A stretch of DNA of 64,000 bases from Stegostoma tigrinum (Eukaryota), in contig NC_081369.1 of assembly GCF_030684315.1 (NCBI RefSeq), positions 10,826,035 through 10,890,034 on the forward strand, read 5' to 3'. This document shows positions 52,075 through 63,920 of the stretch, piece by piece; position 1 is the stretch's first letter; every line of letters begins with the position of its first letter. Under the pieces are notes generated by a model that ran no database searches, had not been told where the DNA came from, and was given only the letters and a program-made list of their open reading frames with translations. A program made the translations under genes and the position numbers.

Positions 52075-54340
52075 TAAAATCACTTGTTGGATGTGGCTCA
52101 CCAGCAACTATTGCATGTCTGTAGTTGCCCTTGAGACCCTTTTTGAACAGCTGCAGTCCACCTGCTGTGGGTTGACCCACAATGCCAGGAGGGAGGGAAT
52201 TCCAGGATTTTGACCCAGTGACAGTGAATGAGCACTGATATATTTCCAAGTGTACCTTGCAGATAGTACACATTGCTGCTACTGACCATGGGTGGATGAG
52301 GGAGTGGATGCTTGTGGATGTAGTGCTACTCAAGCAAGCTGCTTTGTCTTGGATGGTGTTAGGCTTCTTGCATATTGTTGGAGATGCCCCCATCCAGGCA
52401 AGTGTGGAATATTCCATCACATTCCTGTCTTGTGCCTTGTAGATGATGGTCTGGCTTTGGGGCGTCAGAAGGTGAGTTACTCGCTGCAGTATCAGCCTCT
52501 GATCAGCTCTTGTCGACACTATATTTATGTGGTGAGTCCAGTTGAGTTTCTGGCTAGTTGGGTAAGCCCTATGATGTTGATAGTGTAGGTTTCAGGATGA
52601 TAATGCCATTGAACCTCAAGGGGCGGTGGTTAGATCGCACCTTCTTGGTGATGGCCATAGCCTGGTATCTGCCCGACATAAATGTTACTTGCCACTTGTC
52701 AGCCCAAGCCTGGAATTTGTCCATATCTTGTTACATTTAAACACGGACTACTCCAGAATCTGAGGAGTCACGAATGATCCTTAACATTGTGCAATAATCA
52801 GCGAACATCCTTATTTCTGACCTTACAATGGAAGGAAGGTCATTGATGAAGTAGCTGAAGATGGTTGGGCCTGCAACACTACCCTGAGGAACTCCTGCAG
52901 AGGTGCCCTGGAGCTGAGATAACAGATCTCCAACAACGTTCCTTGTGTCAGATATGACTCCAACCAGGTCAGAGTTTGCCCCCTGATACTCATTGATTCC
53001 AGTTTTGCTAGGGCTTATTGATGCCACACTTGGTCAAATATAGCCTTGATGTCCAGGTTGTCAGTCTCACCTCACCTCTGGAATTCAGCTTTGTTGTTTA
53101 TATTTGAACCAAGGCTGTAGTGCGGACAGGAGCTGAGTGGTCCTATGGAAACCCAAATTGGGCGTCACTGAGCAGGTTATTAATGAACAGATGCTGCTTG
53201 ATAGCACTATTGATGACATGCCGTCTGCAACTGGATCTTCAGCTTTCTGAACCACAGGCTACAATCAATGAAGACAGGTAACTGCACCTCCTCCACAATG
53301 ACATGTACTACTGAAGCCTCCCAAGGACGCGTGCTGAGCCCTGTACTGTACTCCTTGTACACCCATGACTGTGTTGCCAGATTCCGAACGAACATCATCT
53401 ATAAGTTCGCTGACGACACCACCGCAGTGGGATGTATATCTAACAATGATGAGTCAAACTACGGGAGGGAGATAGAGGGCTTGGCGATGCAGTGCAATGA
53501 AAACAATCTGTCTCTCAATGTTGGTAAAACTAAAGAATCGATCATTGACTTCAGGAAGAAAGGAGGAGACCACACCCCATTGACATCAATGGACCTGATG
53601 TTGAGAAGGTGAAGAACATCAAGTTTTTCAGTGATGATAACCGACAACCTGCCCTGGATCTCACACATAGATGCAACAGTCAAGAAGGTACAACAACGCC
53701 TGTACTTCGTTAGGCAGCTCAGGAAATTTGGCATGTTCGTAAGGTCCCTCACAACATCTACAGATACACCGTTGAAAGCGTACTATCCAGGTAGGTGACG
53801 GCCTGGTATGGCAACCCTCTGCCCAAGACCATAAGAGACTACAGACCATGGTGCGCACAGCTCAGACCATCGCGGAAGCCAACCTTCCATCCATGGACTC
53901 CATTTGCATGGCTCGCTGCTGCAGAAAGGCTGCCAATATCATCAAAGACCCATCACACTCCAGTAATGATCTCCTATAACCTCTTCCGTTAGGCAGAAAA
54001 AACAGAAGCCTGAACAAACACACCAGCAGGTTCAGGAACAGCTTCTTCCTGGCCATTATCAGACTGATGAATGGGCTGTCTCGCCTGAAATAATGTTTAT
54101 CTTGCTAATGTTCATCTTGTATACCGTACGCTCTGTGCAATGTAACCTGTATGTCTCTGTCTATGTCTTTTTGATCTGTACTGTGATTTACTTGTACTGC
54201 TCACAAACAAATTTTCCACTGTGTTTTGGTACATAAATAAATCAATCAATTAATTCTATCACTTCACTGATGACCAAGAGCAGTCTGAATGACTCGTTTG
54301 ATATGTCCTGCTATTTACTTACGTGACACACCTGGGCAAT
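52075..54340 (-). mobile_element. CR1-clade LINE interrupted by a Rex1/Babar insertion
   Basis: GVPQGSVAGPTIFSYFINDLP...MFAD on the minus strand; host sequence resumes at ~54254. Confidence 0.85.
53220..54252 (+). mobile_element. Rex1/Babar-type LINE 3' part
   Basis: QGRVLSPVLYSLYTHDC...KFADDTT...LNVGKTKE.IIDFRK; AAATAAATCAATCAAT tail. Confidence 0.85.
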
Positions 54341-54520
54341 AGTCCCCTGACACCACTACCACCACCAGCTCCCACTTCCGTCTCCAGTCCGACCCAACTA
54401 AACACTAACCTGACTACAGTTGATCTGGCCTCACCATACCTCTTCAAGTAACAACTTGCCACCCTACCTCTTACTCAGTTCCTTCCTGACCTCCTCATCA
54501 CCCATCCACCAACTTACGTA

Positions 54521-55372
54521 TTAGAACATAGAACATTAAACAATAGAGTGCAGAACATGCCCTTCGGCCCTCGATGTTGCGCTGACCTGTGAACTAATCT
54601 AAGCTCATCCCCCTACACTATCCCATCATCATCCATAAGCTTATCCAAGGACTGTTTAAATGCCCCTAATGTGGCTGAGTTAACTACTACAGATGCAAGG
54701 CTCACAGGTCTATAATTACCTGGGTCATCGCTACTGCCCTTCTTGAACAAGGGCACAACATTCGCAATCCTCCAGTCCTCTGGTACTAAACCTGTAGACA
54801 ATGAGGACTCAAAGATCAAGGCCAAAGGCTCCACCATCTCCTCCCTAGCTTCCCAGAGAATCCTCGGAAAAATCCCATTCAGCCCAGGGAATTTCACACC
54901 TTCTAGAATTGATAACACCTCCTCCTTACTAACCTCAATCCTTTCAATTCTAGTAGCCCTTAACTCAGTCTTCTCCTCTACAATATTCTCCTTTTCCTGA
55001 GTGAAAACAGATGGGCATTATTCGTCTAGCACCTCTCCGATCTCCACAGGGCCCACACACAAATTCCCACTTCTGTCTTTGACTGGCCCCATTCCTCCCC
55101 TAGTCATCCTCTTATTTCTCACATACCTATAGAAAGCTTTAGGGTTCTCTTTATTCTACCTGCTAATGTCTGCTCATGTCTCCTCCTTGCTCTTCTTAAC
55201 TCTCTCTTTAAATCCTTCCTAGCTAATCTGTAACTCTCCATCGCCTCATCTGAACCCTCTTGTCTCATAAGCCTCCCTCTTCCACTTAACAAGAGATACA
55301 ATTTCTTTAGTAAACCACGGTTCCCTTACCTTATCACTTCCTCCCTGCCTGACAGGGACATACCTATCAAGG
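54521..55372 (-). mobile_element. CR1 copy with a large internal RT deletion
   Basis: PEDWRIANVVPLFKKG..PGNYRPVSLASVV fused directly to the C-terminal ATLGAFKQSLDKLM; (TTCTATG) tail. Confidence 0.85.
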
Positions 55373-56074
55373 ATTATCACCAGCTGTCCCACCTCCTATT
55401 CAGCCTGCCACCTTTCTCACTCACAAAAGCACCTGCCTACTTATTCCTTCATCAACGTGTCACACCAATCCCTCAACCAAGCACCTGCTACCCCTCACCC
55501 ACCTGCAATCCTGTACTAAAGATCCTTGGGATTCCTGGCTGTGTAGCCCCAAACCCTGGGATCCCAACTGTCACTTACACAGCCATGATATTGACTGCGG
55601 TTTTCCTTTTGTGAGAAAATTGCGACTTTTTCAGGTTGTGGAGCATCGTAAAACTTCAGGAAAATGTTAAATTAATTCGAATATCAGGCTGGATTTTTAA
55701 AAAAAATGTTCATGGGAACTTTCTGGTGACCTATTCTTGTAGCCATCGTATGTATATAGCTGTCCAGTTTAGTTTTTGACTAATGGTAACCCCCAGGATA
55801 CTGATTTTAGGAGATTCAGTGATGGTAATGCCATTAAATGACATGGTCATGATTGTTCGATGTTCTCTTGTTGGATATGGTCATTGCCCGGCACTTGTGT
55901 GGTGTGAATGTTACCTGACATATACGATCTGATTGAGGTGCAGAAAATGTTAGAGGGATTCTTTGGGATGTATTTATTTTCCCCTGTTGTGGTAATCAAG
56001 GTAAGTGGGACAGTCTTAAAAATAGGTCAACTAGGCCATTTAGGAAAGAAATCATTAAGACATTTTTTATTAAG

Positions 56075-56393
56075 ATCATAGAATCCTATGATTCATAGAA
56101 TGCCTACAGTTTGGAAACAGGCCCTTCGGCCCAACATGTCCACACTAATCCTCAAAGCATGCCCCAGTAATCCACCTCATCTGCACATCCCTGAACACTA
56201 TGGGCAATTTAGCACGGCTAATCCAGCTAACCTGAACATCTTTGGACTGTGGGAGGAAACCGGAGCACTCAGAAGAAGCCCGTGCAGACACGGGGAGAAG
56301 GTGCAAACTCCACACAGACAGTTGCCCGGGCTGGAATCGAACTCAGGTCCCTGGTGCTGTGAGGCAGCAGTGCTAAACACTGAGCCCCCGTGC
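56075..56393 (-). mobile_element. HE1-like V-SINE
   Basis: tRNA-like head with A and B boxes (GGCTCAGTG; GAGTTCGATTCC), V-domain text and CR1-derived tail. Confidence 0.88.
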
Positions 56394-56866
56394 TGAAGTA
56401 AAGAGTACAGAAATTTGCCATTGCCTCCCTAAAATTTGTGAATGCTGAGACAGAGCTCTTCAAACTCAGCTTTGACTTTGGCTGACCAAAAGACAGCAGC
56501 TAAAGGGAAGTGTGGACTGTTTCAGAGTAAAGGCAAATGCCTCTGTAGCATACGGAACAAGCTGCTTGAGGAAGCAGGAGAGGCAGGTACACTTACAACA
56601 TTGAAATGACATTTGGACAGGTACATGGATTGGAAAGGTTTAGAGACTGAAGGGTCTGTTTTCATGCTGTATGACTCTAAGAAGCTGTCTGTGGGACAAA
56701 AGGAGCAGAACAGCTTCCCCATGATCGTTCCAAGTTCACTTGCTTTCTTGGCATTGCATTTTCTTTGCCCATCAGTCAGCCCTAAACCATGCACAGGCCA
56801 GCAACTGCTGGTTGGGAAATGGATCCCTCCTTGTGATCAGAGATCGGACACTTAAGCCAAGCTCCC

Positions 56867-57174
56867 ATTAGATTCCCTACAATGCGGAAACAGGCCCTTC
56901 GGCCCAACAAGTTCACACTGCCCCTTGAAGCATCCCACCCAGACTCATTCCCCTGTAACCCACACACCCCCGAACACTGTGGGAAATTCAGCATGGCCGA
57001 TCCACCTAGCCTGCACATCTTTGGACTGTGGGAGGAAACCAGAGGACCTAGAGGAAACCCAAGCAGACACGGGGAGACTGTGCAAACTGCGCACAGACAG
57101 TTACCCGAGGCTGGAATTGAACCCGGGTCCCTGGTGCAGCGAGGTTGCAGTGCTAACCACTGAGCCACCGTGCC
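56867..57174 (-). mobile_element. HE1-like V-SINE, full length
   Basis: GGCACGGTGGCTCAGTGGTTAGCACTGC...GGGTTCAATTCCAG head; tail GGGCCGAAGGGCCTGTTTCC. Confidence 0.9.
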
Positions 57175-57454
57175 ACAGCTGCGGACTCCTTGTCCTTGGT
57201 TTCAGCCTCCTCCCCACCCAATGTTGATAAGGCTGACTTCTAGATGGGGACCACATCAGGAAAAAGTGGTGCTGCCTATCACCAGCTTAGAAAGTATCAG
57301 GGTCATAATCAGTTTCATCACGTAGAATTTTCAGCAACCAATCTGTGGACAACATTCGCTCACAAACAGCAATATTATAATGACCAAGTGATCTGTTTTT
57401 TTGAGATATTAGTTGACGTTTAAGTATTGACTGGGACACCAGAAAAAAACTAGA

Positions 57455-57582
57455 AAGATAGTAGGAACTGCCGATGCTGAAGAATCTGAGATAACAAGGT
57501 GTAGAGCTGGATGAATACAGCAGGCCAAGCAGCATCAGAGAAGCAGGAAAGCTGACGTTTCCGGCCTGGGCCCTTCTTCAGG
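57455..57582 (-). mobile_element. Penelope pseudo-LTR with hammerhead core
   Basis: Minus strand CTGAAGAAGGGCCCAGGCCGGAAACGTC (57581 to 57554) plus the full family tail. Confidence 0.8.
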
Positions 57583-58636
57583 TCTAGTTTATGGAAAACT
57601 GCCAAGGAATACATTTAAGTGGAAGGCAGGAAAATTATGATTCAAAATTTACCATAACTTGGATTTTTAGACTACTTGCTGCAAGACCTCACATAAGGCA
57701 ATTAATAGCTGAGTTTAGAAAACATTAAACAAATGTGGTGGGATATATGCAAATAGAAACATTTCACTTTCAAAGTGGATACCATTGTCATTTATAATGT
57801 GTGACTAGTGAACCCCTTATGGCATTGCTCAGAGTGAGCCACAGGGTGGTATGATGGACATTTGTTCAAAATGAACAGATAAAGCAATGGTTCGTTGACT
57901 CAGATTTCCATCAAGCCAAGCAGGATCAATAGATAAAAGCAAATGATGTTTTACTGACATGAATTTTCCAGCCAGTCATCAATCAATATTTTCTACATGT
58001 GTATACTTAATATATCACTTTCAGCATGCACAGGACGTTGAATGTAATATTGGTCAATCTTCTAGAAGATTGTTGGTGGAAACTGAAGAAATATGCTCAA
58101 TAATATATGAGGATTAGATGGTATAATGGGAATGTCTAATGTTACAGCAAACTAATAATGTTGCTCAAATAAATCTAAACAGTTGAAAATTGAGATATAA
58201 ATTTATATTGTATTGTTTTATTTAATTGTAAACTGTAAATTATTAAAAGATACAAAGTTATATACCAAATGTACAAAAAACTAAATATTTATACGTGTGA
58301 ACATCTAAATGTCTATATGTATGTAAAATATTAAGCAAAATTTTGCATGTAGCATCTTGTCAGCAGATCATACAATAAAAAGTAGTTCTAAGAATTTTAT
58401 TTTGTGTGAGTGTCAGTTTGTTTGGTTAAAATAAATTCTGTAGTTGAAACATCAGCCAGAACAGATAGCATAATGCTTCAATGTTGAAGAGGTATGATAT
58501 GTCTGAGAAGGAAGGAGGAATGAATAAATTGGACCGAGCTTGATGACAATTAGTGCAGAAAGCTGGTGTAGCAGCTGAAGGGTAAATTTGAATGGCAGGA
58601 TGTGCTGCAAGCTTCGAGAATATGTGAATAAATTTG

Positions 58637-59000
58637 AGACAAAAACAGAAATTGCTGTAAAAGCTCAGTAGGTCTGGCAGCATCTATGCTAAGAACTCAG
58701 AGTTAACTCTGATTCCTCTCCATATTAGATTAGATTACCTGCAGTGTGGAAACAGGCCCTTCAGCCCAACAAGTCCACACTGCCTCTTGAAGCATCCCAC
58801 CCAGACACATTGCTCTATAACCCACACACCCTGAACACTATGGGCAATTTAGCATGGCCGATCCACCTAGCCTGCACATCTTTAAACTGTGGAAGGAAAC
58901 CGGAGCACCCGGAGGAAACCCAAGCAGACACAGGAGAATGTGCAAACACAGATGCTGCCAGACTTGCTGAGCTTTTACAGCAATTTCTATTTTTGTGCCT
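58637..59000. mobile_element. Palindromic Penelope-derived element split by a truncated HE1 SINE (58724-58947, minus)
   Basis: Arms CAAAAACAGAAATTGCTGTAAAAGCTCAG...GCAGCATCT and AGATGCTGCCAGAC..GCTGAGCTTTTACAGCAATTTCT. Confidence 0.78.
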
Positions 59001-59067
59001 TACATTTACATTCAGTTCTTTTCCTAGTAAAAGACAGTATTCCATTAATCTTAATAATCTGCATGCT

Positions 59068-59097
59068 GATGTTTCGGGTCCACTGACCCTTCTTCAG
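59068..59097 (-). ncRNA. Candidate minimal type I hammerhead ribozyme
   Basis: CUGAAGA-A-GGGUC(AGUG)GACCC-GAAAC-AUC: catalytic boxes intact, perfect 5-bp stem II. Confidence 0.5.
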
Positions 59098-59260
59098 AAT
59101 TAGCAACTGGCTCAGGCCGAGGTTCTTGGCAGTGACTACAGGCTCTCTGACCTGCCTACCAATGCAACAGACATCCTCGTGCTATCTGCATTTTCATCAA
59201 TGTTTGCCTGTATACGAACCCATTGAAGTTCCCATCTGAACCTTCTGTGTCTGTGGCTTC

Positions 59261-59480
59261 TGTAGTTATTGTAATGAGGTAAGCCAGGTGGACATCATAG
59301 AATATGAGTTCTCTGTTTGGGGTTGATAATCTGGTCCAATCAGGGAGCCCTGACTGACAGATAAAAATAGAGTGTAAGACATCCTGACACTCTGAGGGTG
59401 CTGGATCAGTGTCAAGGACTTTCCATGTGTAAATAGAGGATGACTTGGTGACAGGAATTCGCCTTGGTGGAGTTACTTCA
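59261..59480 (+). mobile_element. 5' LTR of Gypsy element; PBS-like TGGCAACAAG at 59482
   Basis: TG...CA termini, 220 bp; the same sequence follows the PPT at ~40772. Confidence 0.8.
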
Positions 59481-59562
59481 GTGGCAACAAGAGCAAAGCA
59501 CACCTCTGAAGAAATTTGCTCACAACAGTCATCTATGAGTTGGGGTAAGCACCTGTGGCATC

Positions 59563-61730
59563 ATGCCGTTATTTAGACAGCTTGACTCGATCAATCCTAT
59601 CATCGAAGATTGGATTCAGAATGTGGAAATAATGCATTATTTTTTCCTAGCAAATGACATTGGGTCAGATGAAAAGCAATGATTAATTCTCCTGACAGCA
59701 TGTGGACCCACAGCTTTTTCAGTTATTAGGAGCCTACCATTTCCCGAGGCAGCAGATATTAAAACCTTTTAAGAGTTGATGGATTTAGTGAAGGAATTTT
59801 ACAACCCCAAACTTCCTCTAATTCTGAGACACTATTGGTTTTACTAGGCAATTCAAGAACCAGGGGACTTCATATTGGGATTTTTGACTAGGTTAAGATG
59901 ACTGGCAGAGGCGGTCCTTAATGATTTGCTTAGAGACCATTTGGTATGTGGGCTTAATGATGTAAGCATGCAAAAGTGCCTATTAGTTGAAACCCAGCTG
60001 GACTTCAAACAGGCTCTACAACTGGCTTTATCATGGGAAACTGCAGTAAGTGGACCAAATGAGTTACAGGGTATTCCAATGGAAGTGAATACCCTCACCA
60101 TTTCACCTGAGCTTGGGGAACACCACTTGAGTGAAGGCAATTGACTAGCCACACTCAGGACATATCCTGAACACAGAGACACTAGATCGGCCCACAACAA
60201 AACCCCAAAATAAAGCCAAGCCTTGGCTAAATGGTTAAAATTTTCTTCAGGATTCAGGCCTGTAAGACATTGTATTTGCTGCTGTTATGTGGACTTGAGA
60301 CAGCGGAAGAGTCCCACTGGACCTTAATTTAGTTAGAGACCTTATAGGCTGGCATCCAAGAGAGTACACGCCCTGGAAAGCTCACCTGCATCTAGTTTGG
60401 AACAGTTAAATTGCTTTGCAACATCCAAATCAGAACCAGTTAAAATAAGCACCTGATTAAATGGTCACCCAGTTCTAATGGAGATTGATACCAGTGTAGC
60501 CATTACAAGTGATCGTAGAACCAGTCTTTAACAAAATTCACTCTGGACTCCAACCCTTAAGTTTGTGCAAGACCTCAGCTAGATTGAGAACTTATACTTG
60601 AGAACCTTTACAGCTTAAGGGTGCAACTTCATTTCCAGTCTCTTATGAGATACAACTTGTTTGGTTACCAAAGATTATAGCAAGACTTGGGCCCAAGCTT
60701 AGTGGGATAAAATTGGATGTAGAAAGATCTGGTCCTGGCAAAACTGGGGAAACCAAAGGGGCATCACAACCAGAACTGAAACCTTGTTGGACCTGGAGAG
60801 ACCTGATCACTATAGAGATGGCATATTATTATGAGGAGCAAGTGTGATTGTTCCAAGCAAAGGTTGCTACCAGCTACTGGCTGAACTCCAGCAGTGTCAT
60901 CCAGGGGTTTCCAAAACAAAGATGTTGGAAAGAAATTATGTCTGGTAGCCAGGATTGGATGCAGACATAGCTGTGTTGATGGGGCAGTGCCCAGAGTGCT
61001 AGCAAAGACAGAATTACAGCCAGCAGTTACCCTCACAGTTTTAATGGCCTGGTAGATCCTGAACTAGAGTACTTGTTGACTATACAGATCCCTTCATGGG
61101 TTCAAAGTTGTTAATTATGGCGGACACCCACTGACCAGTTAGATGTGCACAGAGTTCATTCATCAAACACGGGGTGATTGTAGAAAAGCTGCGTGCATCT
61201 TTTGCAATATACGGACTCCCAAAAGTGTTGGTCACAGACAACGGGCCATCATTTACCAGCAGGGAATTTGAGTATTTTCTAAAGTTGAATGGCTTTTGAC
61301 ATATAAGAACAGCTCCATACTATCCATCATCCAATGGCCTGGCAGAAAGTGCAGCTTAAATAAGCAGCCTGCAGCTTCACTGGATAATAACTGTCCTGGT
61401 TCCTGTTTGATTATAGGATCAGACCTCATGCAATGACAGAGATCGTTCCAGCAGAATTGCTAATGGGGACAAGACTCCACACCAGTTTCATCTGATCTAC
61501 CTGGACCTGGGGGGAGGGTGAAACAGCATCAGAAATGCTAAAGTTGGACACAAGACTCATCTAAGCGAGAGACAGTTTACTTCAGCAGATGAAATTTTGT
61601 GCAGGAACAACGGGAATGGCCCTGCATGGGTAAGAGGCATGTTCAACATGAGGTCAGGTCCAGTGATGTATAACGTTAAGGTAGGTGCGATGGTCTTGAA
61701 CAAGCATGTGGACCATATAAAAGCTGCAAG
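59563..61730 (+). pseudogene. Degenerate Mag-clade Gypsy gag-protease-integrase, without RT/RNase H
   Basis: gag MPLFRQLD..EDW..FLANDI..LLTACG, LRDHLVCGLND; protease MEIDTS; integrase HPG..VW.PGLD..C..C, VTDNGPSFTS, APYYPSSNGLAE; many stops and frameshifts. Confidence 0.85.
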
Positions 61731-62269
61731 TGATGGCTTTAGGTACTGGATCAACTCAGGCTCCTTCCTCATTAACCTGATCTTGCTTAAGCCCTTCAGG
61801 GCGGAACTGCCTTGTCTCGCCAGGTGACAGCTCTGATGGATCCAAATCAGATTGTGACACACGAAGAAAGGGAATGGTATGTGGGAAAGGGGCTTGGGTG
61901 GAAAGCAAGAGGCCCGTAGCAACACCATCTTCAAGTTATACACTGTGGCTTCAGTTTACAGGGCGATTTGAGGAGCTACATAAGACACATTTAACATCAT
62001 TCTGGTTGTTTTTTGGCAACACAAGTTGCGCTGCTGTCCAATTATACAGTCTCCATCAATGGGCAGAGGCATTTTAGGCACGCCTCATTCCTGCTGGTTT
62101 TTGGTTCCCTTCTGTTATGCGAGAGCTCATTCCACAAAAGAGAGGCACGAGTGTCAGTGAGGGCTTTTCACAATGTGTTAGTGATATTCCTGTGGTAGCC
62201 AAATGGATGGAAATATGTGGAGGGTGCAAGATGTGGGAATGAGGCCTGCAGTGATGGTAACATCTTCAG

Positions 62270-62850
62270 AGGGTCAGTGCAAACTTGGCCTCATTCTGCA
62301 CTGTCAGTTTTCTATGATTCTATGAACTCCATTCTCGTGCCTTCTCCCCATGGCCCTTGATTCCACTATTAATCATGAATCTAACACCCTCTGTCTTAAA
62401 TACACTCAATAACTTAGCCTGAACAGTTTTCTGCAGCAATGAGTTCCACAGATTCACCACTCTCTGGCTGAAGAAATCTTTCCTCATCTCAGTTCTGCAG
62501 GGTTGCCCCTTCACTCTGAGTCTGTACCCTCACATCCTTTCTAGTACTGGAAACATCTTCTCCATATCCACTCTATCCAGGCCTCTCAGTATTCTGTAAG
62601 TTTGAATGAGATTCCCCCATCATCTTTCTGAACACCATCAAGTATAGACGCAGAGTCTGCAACTGCTCCTCATATGACAAGCCTTTCATACCTAGAATCA
62701 ATCTTGTGAACCTTGTCTGGACCCCCTTCGAGGCCTGCATACCCTTCCTTAGATATGGGGCCCAAAATTGCTCTCAGTAGTGCAAATGCAGTCTGACCAG
62801 AGTGTTATAATGCCTCAGCGGTACATCTCTATTCTTGTATTTTAACCCTC
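62270..62850 (-). mobile_element. CR1 3' fragment
   Basis: FFSQRVVNLWNSL on the minus strand. Confidence 0.85.
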
Positions 62851-63029
62851 TTATTGATTTTGCTCTCAGTAGGGCAGACCCTTTTTCTCACCTAACATTT
62901 ACACCTATTTTACATCTCAGTCGTTCTTTACCACCATTAGCACTCTCTTTGTCTTTTGCTCTGGAAACCTTCACAATCTGTTATAGTCACTCCCCCTTCC
63001 CCTCTGATAATTGTATTAAAATTTAGAGT

Positions 63030-63920
63030 AAGGAAGCAAATGCGCAGATGACACAAAAATAGGAGATAGAAAGATAAGTTGCGAGAGGGATACAAATAGT
63101 TTACAGAGAGGTAATGATAGGCTAATTAGGTGGTGAACAAAATTTTGGCAGATGGAGTATAATGTGGCAAAATTTGAATTTATTCATTCTGGAAGGTGAA
63201 ACAAAAGAACGCTATTATTTAAATAGAGAAAAAAACTGCAACACGAGGGGACTTGGGGGCTATTTGTGCATGAAACACATAGCGTGAGCTTATAGGGACA
63301 GTAGGTAATGAGGAAGGCTAATGGAACGTTGGCCCTTATTTCAATGGGGTTAGAGTTTTAAAGATAGGGAAGTCTTACTGAAACTGAGCAAGGTGTTGGT
63401 GAGACCCAATCTGGAGCACTGTGAGCATTTTTGGTCCCCTTATTTAAGGAAAGACTCTGTTTCATTGCAAGCAGTTCAGAAAAGGTTCGTTTGGAAAGAT
63501 TTTCTTGTGAACAAAGGCCAAACATGTTGGGATTCTATTTGTTGGAATTCGGAAAAATGGGAGATGACCTCATTGCTACATCTTGGATTCTAAAAGGGCT
63601 CGACAGGGTAAATGCTGAGAGAATGTTTCCCTCTCATGGAAGAGCCTAGGACCAAGAACATAGTCTCAGAATAAAGGGGCACCAGTTTACAACTGAGAAG
63701 AGGAAAAATTTGTTCCCTCAGAGGGTTGTGAGTTTTTGGAACTCTTTGCTACAGTGACCAGTGGTGGCAGAGTCAGTGTGTATATTTAAGATTGAGTAGA
63801 CAGGTTCTTGATCAGTCGGGGAATCAAAGGTTGCACGGAAAATACAGGAAAGTGGATATCGGGAATGTCAGATCCACCATGATCCTACTGAATGGTGGCC
63901 TACTTCAGTTCTTATTTTGT
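63030..63920 (+). mobile_element. CR1 3' fragment
   Basis: ADDTK, LVRPNLEHCEHFWSPYL, QRVVSFWNSL on the plus strand. Confidence 0.85.

Noticed and set aside
57100-57174. tRNA gene
   Set aside because: It is the tRNA-derived head of an HE1 SINE, continuous with the SINE body.
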